Below are positions 48,701-58,519 of a stretch of DNA of 64,000 bases, piece by piece. The position numbers were made by a program, and so were the translations under genes. Origin of the DNA: Balanoglossus misakiensis (Eukaryota > Animalia > Hemichordata); NCBI GenBank assembly GCA_040954595.2, contig CM082577.2:19938303-20002302 (forward strand). The letters are read 5' to 3'. The notes under the pieces are model-generated. The model searched no databases and was not told the DNA's origin. It saw nothing but the letters and a program-made list of their open reading frames with translations. The first letter of the stretch is position 1, and each line of letters starts with the position of its first letter.

Positions 48701-51700
48701 GAAATGTTAATAAACCTACAAAGGCCATCTTGAAATATTCAACAAATTATATTTTAGGGAGTGACAAAAGTATCACACAATGCCAAAGATACCCAATACA
48801 AAGCAAAATTGATAGTTACCTTATTCATTAAACAAGACTGCAATTCTTCTTCACTTATCACTGAACTACCTCTCTGGTTTTTCTGTTAAGGATGTACGTT
48901 AAGTTAAATTGAAAGTGTTGTCATTTTTTTAAATTGTGGATTTTTGGATCCTCCTTTGTATGTATAATTAAAATCCGTAATAAAATATAGGGGTCACTGC
49001 GCTTGTTTTTGAAATACAGAGCCATGAATTTAGTTGATCATAGAAGAAAACAGCTGACTTAGCATTTTTCACCAATGGTTTGTCTATGGGCAACATTTTT
49101 AACGCAATTTATCTCAAAATAGAGCGCGGTGAACCCCATATTTTATTTGACCAATGAATTTATATTTACTGGACTGAGCTTTGTGTGAAATTTCGTGAAA
49201 ATGACAATAGTAGAAGTTTGTTTTTTAGCGATTATCAATGTAATCCTATGGGAAAAAGACCGGGCGCGCAGTGTTTCCGGTTTATGTTCTGCGCATACAT
49301 CCTTAAGGTGGCATTGCATGAAAAGTTGTGATTTTGCCAAATTTTACTTTTTTACATAAATCGGTAGGCCTAATACTGACCCACACCCTGACTAATACGT
49401 CTTGGCGGAAATGGCGCATAATCACCCCAAAATAGCACTTTTCTGAATGAGTTCACAGCTTAACAAATAGGTGTCAACAATGCAAATGGCCGTTTTTCTC
49501 AGTTTGCATTTTCGCTGCTCTTGACAACTTCAGAAGAATTTAGCTTCGCTCTGCGTTGGCCGAATTTGCTCAAATTTTAACAGGGGATTGTGTCTCCAAC
49601 AAAACGGTATTTTTGTTAGTCGATAAAGTGTCCCTGGCGGGAATAAACTCTGATTCAATACAACTCACCGTGAATTTGATCAAATTTTCTAAAAATCTAA
49701 CTTTCAAACGCTGTTACTCCTCAATGGAAGCAGATAACGCAAAACAAAATTACCGTTTTTTTTGCACGTGTACTCTAGTTTCGAATGACATATTAAGATG
49801 CATGATGCATGGTCAACTTTTTTACCTAATTCAAATTTAATGACATAATATAAAAAAATGGGTTTTTTAACCCAAAATCGCCACCATTTCCGGGGATCAA
49901 TAATATTTGCGACTCAAACAAAAGTTCAAAAACTCAGCTTCCAGAATGTGTATGGTTTATGGGGGTTTTAACGTTGTCTTTGATGAGAAATAGGCCTCTG
50001 AAAAAGTCTCGACTGTTTCATGCAATGCCACCTTAATAGAAATAATAAAGAACACAAACAATGTGTGATAAATTATCACACTCTGCTGATCCCATAAGGT
50101 CTCACTGGCATGTATTATACATACCAAATGGGACTAAAATATTTTCATAAATGCAAGCCTAACAAATGGTTCATGCTTACCCTGTACCAAAAAAAGCATG
50201 TTTGATAGCATTCTCCACAGAGCAGGCCCCACAAGCCATGGTCTGGAGCCTATTCAGGCCAGGTGGTGCTATCTGTTAGAAAATGACAACACAATCTGAT
50301 TAAAATCTTTCAGAAATGTATGGAAAGAAAACAGTGTGTTATACATGACATCAAAAAGGTTACTTTCACCATTCTGGTAGTATTTTTTTTATAAAAGCCA
50401 AATTTTTAATCAAACAAATTTAGTTTTAGTTGGCATGGCACTTCAGGCTATTTTACATATTCAAGCCCACAAGATGCTATTTGCGGTCCAAAACATGTAC
50501 CAATGGTAATTTAGCTCCAATCAGGCAGTAATTGTAAATAATTAATGCATATGAACTAATTGCATGGAAACAATATAAAATCACATTATCCCTGGCATAC
50601 AATCAAACCAGGCCAACAGACCAACTTCACTCTTATATCTATCATATATACCATCTATAGTTTCATTGGTGATGAGTTACAAGTTGAACAAAATATACAG
50701 TAGTTTATTAATTTTCACCATGATGATGATGATGATAATGATTATCTGTATAAATGAGTCTAATTATTAAGGTGAAACAAGCAAATCATCCAAGTTTTAC
50801 CGATAGTAGCGTCTTTTGAATCTTGTCCGGCAAGTCATCATTGGGATGAACTCCAAGTGCTGGTCTATTCACAAAGAAACTCTATTAAAAGTAAACAGAA
50901 ATCTCTGATTTAAAGGGCAGTGATCATCATATGCGCATGTTGCTTACAGTCAATCTCATAAGGCAGTGCGCTGTCCTAACAACGGACAAGATGGCGGTGA
51001 CCAAAGTCTGTGTCGCGATGTTGGAGATTGGGAAAAGACAGCAAATTGGGTGTAATGAAGGGACAAAAGTTGACTCTATTTATCCTTATTAACTAGTTAA
51101 AGCCTTGCTTGGGGATTCTTACACTGTTTGGTATGAAAAATAACTCCCTAAAACAAAGGGGGTTCAAGAAAAGGTCATCCCAGGCAGTGTAGATCGCAGG
51201 CAGAACACCGGGCGGCTGGTAAGCTGGGCCCGGAAGAGAGAAAAAAACACTGTTGTGTACAGTACTCATCCTCGCGCTCGTGGAGACAAACTGCAATTGA
51301 AGCAAATTACGTTGTACAAACTACCAGTATATTCTGTGTTCGGACGGAAAGAAATTATAATCAACCGAGAGGAAAACTGCACAAATTACTAGCAATTGCT
51401 CGGGTGCAGCCAAGACACAGTCGGTGTCACTTCAGCAGCTCAGGGACGATTTACAACAAAACAACATGCCTACCAAATTTCAATGCAATCTGACAAGCGG
51501 TTTTAGAGAAAAAACTTGATCAAAAAAGGCAAAAGTTTCTCCAAAATTATAAATATGCACATTTTGCAGCAATTTAAACAAAACTATGGTAACTCAGATC
51601 ACATATATGAAGCTTCATACTAAATGTCAAAGAAGTCGGCTGATCTATTCCAGAAAAGTAGATTTTTTACCAAAAATGTGAAAAAAGACAAAAAAATGCA

Positions 51701-54700
51701 TAAAAATAGAAAATTCACGCTATTAGCTCAACACATACAGAACTGTGTGAGGTTAACATAAGATACATGCATACCAATTTTCAAATCAATTTGACCAGTG
51801 GTTGTTGAGTTTCTGAGTTTTGACCAATTTCACGTTTTCCCAGCTAATTTGCATATTTTTGGCATTGACAACTTCATTTGAACAAATTCCCATCTACAGC
51901 CCCTAATGCATCTGCACACCAAATATCGTGGTTACATGCACAGCGGTTTTCAAGTTTTTGATGTGGACGGACATGCAGACAGACATCCATCCATCCATTC
52001 ATACATACAGATGCAACTGATTCCATAAGGTCCCATGGTATTTTACATAACCAAATGGGACCTAAAAATTAAGCTTTAAATAGTCTTGTGTGCTTTTAAT
52101 TTCTGTCTATTAAAGCCTCTAGAGCTGCCACTTTTTGCATTACTTTCATGACTTTGTTTTCCTACTTAAAATTGGTCCATCTAAATAAGCTTACTGATAG
52201 GTATACAAGAACACCTTATCGATGCCCGATTGTGACTGCATGTTGCAATTTGAACATGCTATGTATTAAACAGGTGCCGCACAAATTTAATCAGCCTGCC
52301 ATACAGTCGAACAGCCATATGGGCTCATTAACATAATTTATAAAGCGTTCTAATTAAGCAATAACCCCGGTTTAACCGACTTTTTCCATGCTGCATGCCT
52401 AGTTCAGGGGCCAGCAGTGGTAAAACAGTATTTTACCATCACTCTCGTCGAATCAGAATGGCCGGCGGTAGCATGATATAATATAATTGAAATTGAAGAC
52501 CGTTAGATTTCCACTCACTGTAAACGCTGAAATTATGGTTGAAATGGTGGTTGTCTTTATCCTTTGACTGTAGCGTCAAAAACAAAACAGATTGGCACTA
52601 TGTGTGACAGTGTGTAGAATCTTATGTTCTTATGACACTTTATATTCATTGTGTGACGTTTCACTTACTGTAAGACTTAAATTTTTCTATTTAGATATCA
52701 ATGAATGTTCCAGCGACCCATGTTTGAATGGTGCACTGTGTAGTGATGGATTTAATAGTTATCAATGTCTCTGCTCACCGGGATTTGCTGGAACTCACTG
52801 TGAAATGAGTAAGTGTTCAACTTGAAACATATACGTACAATACAACTACTGCCAATAACCTATTAAGCTGAATTTGTACAATAACTTTACATATTTGTAC
52901 AGTACATGGGGTCCCAATACCGATGCCCTGGAGACACAGTTGGTCAATTGGACCTTTGAAATGCCAAATGTAAACAAACAATATTAGGGTGTATTTATAG
53001 ATGGCAACAATTTTCCTGAAGGTCATTCAAACCACACACATTAGAATATACAGTAAACACCAAACTGGGTTCTAAATAAAAAAAAATTATATGTTGTATA
53101 AACTGAAACATTGCACAGAAAGTCATGGGCACCCGGACATTTTTTTTCCGTATCATACTACATCTGTGTTTGTTTTTACGGAGAGTTGAAATTGACATAC
53201 CCAATCTGAAAGTAGGACCTTAAAAAGTTAATTAGCTGTGTTTTGGTCATTATTGCATGAAAACGGTTGGGGTGATATCCATTTAAAAACATTTTTGAGT
53301 TTTTCTTCATCATAACAGTTTAAAAATATAAAAGCGCCTCTTTCTAAAACCCCGTATGACCGTGTTGAATTACACGCCCGAAAGTGGGTAGTATTTCTGT
53401 GACTCCCATAGACAACGCGTTTGGCACACGGCTATTACAGTGTACGCTGCTCGAGTTAACAGATACAAACAGGCGCAAATTATTTTGTCTACGCAATATT
53501 CCAAGAATCGTAATCAAGTATCTTACAAAATACCAAAATCAGTCATGGCCTAGCCCGGCGACACAGGCGTAGTAGGGGAAAAGAAACGCCCGGGGACAGT
53601 CTCTATTTACGCACCGAATTCTGTGCGCAGAACGACACGGGTGGTAAATCTTGTGTGTAAGCTAATTGGTCACTCAATGTAAACCAAATGACATCATCGC
53701 ATTCTAAATAAGGAAATAGAGGTGGAGTCATGTGTGAAATTCCCGCGACGGGATGTGGGAGTGGTTTACCAAGCTTTGTTAATTATATCATCCAACCACT
53801 GGCGCCCGTCAACATTTGATAGATCACTCGTTATCCATTCGTTACTAAGCGACCCTGATCGTTGCCAGGGCTACTATCTTTCAGCTCAGCAGGAAATTTC
53901 TCTACTGTCCCCGGGCGTTGTATTCTAGATCGACACCTGTGTCTCCGGGCTAGTCATGGCCCAGCATTATAGACCAAGCTATGCGAACAAGGTCGCCTGG
54001 GAGTAGTCCGCTCAGAAGTAGCAGTACAGTGTGTGGAGACATCGCCGTAAAAGAAACAACACAGGCCCTGCCACACTGAGTTGCAATGCTTTTGGCTTTT
54101 TGCCGTCCCAGTGCAGTCGGTAACAAGATGTTACGGCACTTAATCTTCTCGGTTCGGCCTTTAATTTACACGATCCCGGCCGTTTCGGCCCAGAGACAAA
54201 CCGATTCTGCAATTTGCAGTTCAGTAAAGGGATAGTCCTGGGACTGGGGAGCACATAGATCTGTACGCAGGGCTAGCAAACGGGACAAAACGACATAATA
54301 GTAATAAAAGCAAGCGTGTTGTCAGATCGGTGGGACTGTAATGATCCTGGGAATACGATAGGCATGATAACTGGGGCAGTTCGCTTGCCTGGATTGAGTT
54401 CTCGTCCAATCAGAATGGGGGATTCTAGCATGATAACATATAATATTATGACAGAACTTCATGACCTCTGCAGGCGATCTGTGCCGTACAGAAGTTATTT
54501 TGATGAATGATGCGGTGTATTCTGCTGCTGTATTTTTGCGAGCGTAGCAAGCGCAAATACAGCAGAATACTCCGCATCATGAGTGAAAATAACTTTTGTA
54601 CGGCACAGATCGCCTGCAGAGGTCATGAAGTTCTGTTATTATTGCATATGTTTTCGCAGATTTGACGATGGAGTTTCAATCGCGGCGTATTGATTTTCAT

Positions 54701-57700
54701 TACAGTGATGCGCCACAGGCTATGCAACCCAGAGACCATGAGAGAAGGCCGCTCATTGGACAAAATGACGCAACCTTTGTTATACAATGATGATGATGGC
54801 TATTCTTGTATGCTTCTGATGTTTACAAACACAACGTAGTCCCACTTACTTACTCATTTGCATAAATAGCCATGAAATACCAACAAAAATTATTTAATGG
54901 ACACATGACTAATTTTCATAGTTATTTCATGGCTTTAATAATCTCAATTTATCATATGCCCTAGATTCACGTGCCCCGTGTAAGTCTATGGGGAAAAGCA
55001 CCCTCACATCCGTGCAGTTTTTTTGCTTATCACGCCCCGGCCCGGTGACCATATTTGGAAGACGCGTTCAATATCCGGATCTAGTTTTGAGTTTATTGCG
55101 CGAGATTCGAAAGTTGTCATTGCTACGTTCGGAATTAAATTTTTCTGGTGCGGTGTCAGTGACTAGTGCACTTGCAGTGTGTGTATGTCCTATGCCGCTA
55201 ACGAATCACATCCTCTTCCATAATCGCTGCATGTCATAGAGCTTTATTTTGAATTATGAATAGTAAAATTGATAAATGTGTGACTGTCGGAGTCGATCGT
55301 CGCTAAAAAAAAATATTTCGCTCACGAGCTTGTCTATATCTCACGTGCAATAGAATGTAAACAAATGACATAATGCATACCAATCCGCAAGAACTAGAGG
55401 AATATGGCTCTATGCGAAGCGATTGATCATTTCAAAACGATAGATAAAAACGTAATATTTACATTCCAAAATATGACAGAATGTGTATTTTATTAATTTC
55501 TTGGTGATTATTGTTCAATAAGGCATATGATAAAACCTTTACGGCCCTGATACGGGTTTTGCGGTCGGGCACTTCCACCGTACGACCTTGGCCCGCAAAA
55601 CCCGTATCAGGGCTGTAAATGTAAGGTTTGACATGTTATGTGTGGGGTTTGATATAAATATCAAGAACAAAACTAACTAAGTTGTAGTAGTGAACCTCAG
55701 AATAATCTGCAGTACATATGCAATAATTTGAATAAATGATATAATTGTCCAAGCAATTCATTATATATATATAATTGACTTGCATTAAAATTAAATATAA
55801 ATAATTCATTATATGTAATTGTCTATATAATTCATTATATATATATAATTGAAACACTTTGTATATATGTAAATAATTAAGTGAGTCTTGCATGATTTTT
55901 AAATGATTAATTATATACATATAAGAATGTTAAATAATGACTTTTTTTTTACAAATAATTTAGTTAAAAAATAAGTTTACACCCCATAGCATTCTGCCTC
56001 GATCAAAAAAAGTGTGTCCTTGGATATGCAGAAATGAACCTCTAATGTAATTGAAGCACTATCACCAAATTAGTAAAACAACAGGAAATTTAACTCCATG
56101 TACTTGGCAAGCTAACAACTACTGAATGTCATAGTCTGACCAAATTGTGTGTGTTCATGATTTCTGATAGATGAAAGTGATTAAAGCATATAATTTGGAA
56201 ATTAACAAGAAAACATCACTCACCAAATTTGATGGGTCTTGAACAGCTGCAATAAGAGCTGGGTGGTTATATCCTATTGAAATTTAAAACAAGATATACA
56301 GTAATGTGGATGTGCATGGAATATCTCATTCAGCCATCTTTGATAGCTCAGTCAGTTGCACTATAATGAAAATATTATGAATGGTTTTAGATTTAATTTC
56401 CACTCATAAATGATAATTAAAAGAAAACATCAAGCAAAGCAAGTTTGAACTCAATCTGATTAAAATCAGAGGTAGAGTTCAGCACCATCTTTACTTTCAC
56501 TGATTCTTTGCTCTTCACATGCTCCCGAGAACAGCAAAGACAGAGAACAAAACAGCCAAAGCCAAGAGAACAGAATAGCTATAACTATCACCAGCGCCTA
56601 ACTCTACATCCGATTTTAATCAGATTAATATGTACCCACTGACTCAACTTTCTTGCTGATCTATTTCATAAGCAATATCACAGAGTGACTGTGGCAATAT
56701 TAATGTTTATTTTTATTATAAAGTTAATCTCTATGCACACAAGTCACTGAGTAATTTCTACTGGTATGTATCTCGTGTGGGTTTGATATTTTATACAACA
56801 AAATAAAATGGTATGTTTTGTATCTCTCAAAACAGCATAATATAGCATAAACTTATAACTGCTGAAAATGCTTCCTAATATTGGCAAACCGAACCCTGAG
56901 GAAACATAAATGACAAAATCAGCCTTGCAGACCTATACCCCTTAAAGGGACAAAGTCTCTCTTTTTTCATGTCGAAATCGATAAAATACGTACTCCAAAT
57001 CAAAACAAACTGTAAGTAACTCACATGATGACCACACATGGCTTGAAGAATACTGCAAAACAAGTTTTTGCCCTTTAACGCTAAGATTGACCTTACGTCT
57101 GGCCACAAGCGTGATTTTGAACCGCCATTTTGAACCCGGCTCAGCAGCAAGCAGTATAATAGAGTCGATTATGTTAGAATTAAATGGAGTTGAAGTTCCT
57201 AACCTCGCTGTGATTTTACTGGGACACGTTTTAGAACAAATCATAGAATCTGAGTGCATGTAGATGCTCATCACAAGGCGCTACCTACCATGACCAGGAA
57301 CTTGCGACCTGACCGTGGGTTTCCAACGCCAAGGAGTGTTTGATTCCATTCCAACATTTAATTTCCGAGAAAATGTTTTATCTGACCTGCAGTTTTCCAG
57401 GCTCGGTGAGTTGTGGGTCCGGGTTGTGGATGACCACATTTACGTTTAGCAGCACCAGAGGGCAACACATACTTGCGCTCACGCTCGAATAAACGGTTAA
57501 GAACGAGTGTTTACTCCAAAAAACAGCATGGAAGTTGGGTGTGGTAGAACGTTGATTCACTATATGTACATGTAAAATAACACAAACAGTGTCTTGTATC
57601 AAACATAATTAATGGAAAAAAGGGCAGCGAGAGAGAGACTTTGCCCCTTTAAATAACTCAAATCTATTACTAATATCAATAAGTTTAGTTATATATACCT

Positions 57701-57816
57701 ATGGGAACAGATGCAATTTGGGTGAAGACATCCAACATACAGTTACCATCTGCATCTACCAAGTAATTCCCTTTGGATTTATTGTAGTCACAGGCAAACA
57801 TTAAATGTCCAACATT
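36440..57816 (-). CDS. ABAT: 4-aminobutyrate aminotransferase (GABA-T), 12 exons reconstructed; N-terminal exons not found; one apparent 1-nt frameshift
   Basis: Motifs [64 protein letters not shown] (PLP lysine), [12 protein letters not shown] and IRFRP. All introns are GT-AG. Confidence 0.93.
36739..37471 (+). mobile_element. Kolobok-like MITE of about 730 bp, copy 1
   Basis: TTAA-GGT(T/G)GCATTGCA.GAAA ... TTTCATGCAATGCCACC-TTAA. Confidence 0.88.
37720..37831 (-). CDS. ABAT: ABAT exon (112 nt)
   Basis: [37 protein letters not shown]. Confidence 0.9.
38172..38682 (-). mobile_element. Palindrome-bearing element (related fragment at about 53375-54005)
   Basis: Palindrome 38172-38304 followed by the body CCCGAAAGTGGGT...ACCAAAATCAGTCATG...AGACCAAGCTATGC. 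Confidence 0.65.
38805..38951 (-). CDS. ABAT: ABAT exon (147 nt)
   Basis: [42 protein letters not shown]. Confidence 0.93.
39069..39236 (-). CDS. ABAT: ABAT exon (168 nt, PLP-binding Lys)
   Basis: [45 protein letters not shown]. Confidence 0.93.
40000..40137 (-). CDS. ABAT: ABAT exon (138 nt)
   Basis: [46 protein letters not shown]. Confidence 0.93.
40246..40905 (-). mobile_element. Asymmetric-IR plus terminal palindrome element
   Basis: Palindrome 40246-40379, then TTATTATACACCT pairing with AGGTGTATAATAA. Confidence 0.8.
41041..41189 (-). CDS. ABAT: ABAT exon (149 nt)
   Basis: [31 protein letters not shown]...EEKRCLDE. Confidence 0.93.
41228..42201. mobile_element. P-element-like MITE with 7-bp TSD
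   Basis: TIR CATGGACGTAAAAAGAGAAGGACTT; CAGTGAC is duplicated on both sides. Confidence 0.82.
42622..42726 (+). repeat. (CA)n microsatellite within a HINE-like 3' end
   Basis: About 88 bp of perfect CA repeat followed by ATTCCATAAGGTCCCATGG. Confidence 0.95.
43122..43770 (-). mobile_element. Inverted copy of the 227-925 element
   Basis: Same palindrome, same IR pair and colinear body. Confidence 0.88.
43782..44922 (-). mobile_element. Full-length HINE/DINE-like non-autonomous element
   Basis: Subterminal IR GGTCCCATT(T)G/CAAATGGGACC, terminal hairpin and (TGTA/TGGA)n microsatellite; colinear ends with 58520-59332. Confidence 0.75.
44923..46571. repeat. Composite satellite: about 2.7x117-bp and 11x about 106-bp units in opposite orientation, with an internal telomere-like tract
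   Basis: CACCCATGTTG at 45001, 45118 and 45235. GAGGTCC spacing is 95-124 bp. (TTAGGG)-like tract at 45377-45414. A 21-bp inverted repeat bounds the outer ends. Confidence 0.92.
46671..47412 (+). mobile_element. Kolobok-like MITE of about 730 bp, copy 2
   Basis: Same TIRs, TTAA TSD and body as copy 1. Confidence 0.88.
48484..48547 (-). CDS. ABAT: ABAT exon (64 nt)
   Basis: [21 protein letters not shown]. Confidence 0.92.
48820..48882 (-). CDS. ABAT: ABAT exon (63 nt)
   Basis: [21 protein letters not shown]. Confidence 0.85.
48886..49306 (+). mobile_element. Kolobok-like MITE of about 420 bp
   Basis: TTAA-GGATGTA ... TACATCC-TTAA. Second copy at 60683-61103; fragment at about 39270-39580. 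Confidence 0.88.
49303..50036 (-). mobile_element. Kolobok-like MITE of about 730 bp, copy 3 (inverted)
   Basis: Same TIRs. It shares a TTAA with the adjacent 48886-49306 element. Confidence 0.88.
50181..50272 (-). CDS. ABAT: ABAT exon (92 nt, one base short of frame)
   Basis: [28 protein letters not shown] followed by a T7 run; T8 would give FFWYR. Confidence 0.88.
50801..50881 (-). CDS. ABAT: ABAT exon (81 nt)
   Basis: [27 protein letters not shown]. Confidence 0.9.
52695..52808 (+). CDS. Isolated calcium-binding EGF-like domain exon (114 nt, phase 1-1)
   Basis: Acceptor tttctatttag, (D)[37 protein letters not shown], donor GTAAGT. All six Cys are present. Confidence 0.85.
53551..53952. 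mobile_element. Academ(H)-like MITE with 9-bp TSD
   Basis: TAGCCCGG...CCGGGCTA flanked by GTCATGGCC. Second copy at 62845-63240. Confidence 0.88.
54447..55724 (-). mobile_element. Asymmetric-IR plus palindrome element containing a second element of the same architecture (54949-55630)
   Basis: Outer: palindrome 54447-54639 with TTATTGCATATG/CATATGCAATAA. Inner: TTATCATATGCC/GGCATATGATAA plus a palindrome at 55533-55630. Confidence 0.75.
56224..56273 (-). CDS. ABAT: ABAT exon (50 nt)
   Basis: [17 protein letters not shown]. Confidence 0.9.
56942..57652. mobile_element. Kolobok-like MITE
   Basis: TTAA-AGGGACAAAGTCTCTC ... GAGAGACTTTGCCCCT-TTAA; related to the 15232-16322 element. Confidence 0.82.
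57699..57816 (-). CDS. ABAT: ABAT exon (118 nt)
   Basis: [39 protein letters not shown]. Confidence 0.92.
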
Positions 57817-58519
57817 CTATAAAGTAAAGATTAGATTATTTATAGAAAATGTGCAATTGGCATTTTTAACCTAATAAATACATGTATCCATCATCAGAAT
57901 GTTGTATTGGAGAATGAATACATGAAGTTTGGTGCAGATGCAGAGCATCACATGTTCTTGATGTTATTAGAGCAATAGTCAACTTTGTTAAGGAAAAGAC
58001 GTTGTAGCAATTACATCTGTCATGGAAAGTATGAAAGAGATTTCAACAACAACCATGATTTTTATATTTGTCTTTTATAATCATGTCATTTACTTTGATT
58101 GTTTAGAACATAAAGAGTCTTAATTTTACAAGCAACAATTTTGATTTCCACAGAATACGCCACATCATCATCCACTCGCACGGCTTCTTGGCTCAAGACC
58201 TCGGTGGTCGAAGATGTGGCCACATCCCCTCCGAGGCCCTAGATCTTCTAAACATAGCGACAAGGATACTGTGTTCTCACACTCCTGGCCGCTGGGAGTG
58301 TGGGATAGAGAGTGTGGGATCAAATCGATCCCACACTCTGTGTTAATGCGCACACAGACAACTGTTATCTGACACGAGCTCTGATTGGATAATGATATTC
58401 ATACCCCTCAGAACGAGCAAATATTATCCAATTGTGCGATGTGTTGTACACAAACCGGAACTACAATGTGATCAGGTCCTGTGCAGACGACAGTGGTGTA
58501 CGTGGTTGGCGACAGACTA

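Noticed and set aside
53722-53928. [13 protein letters not shown]... repeated at 63013
   Set aside because: It is internal to an Academ-like MITE, with no coding signature.
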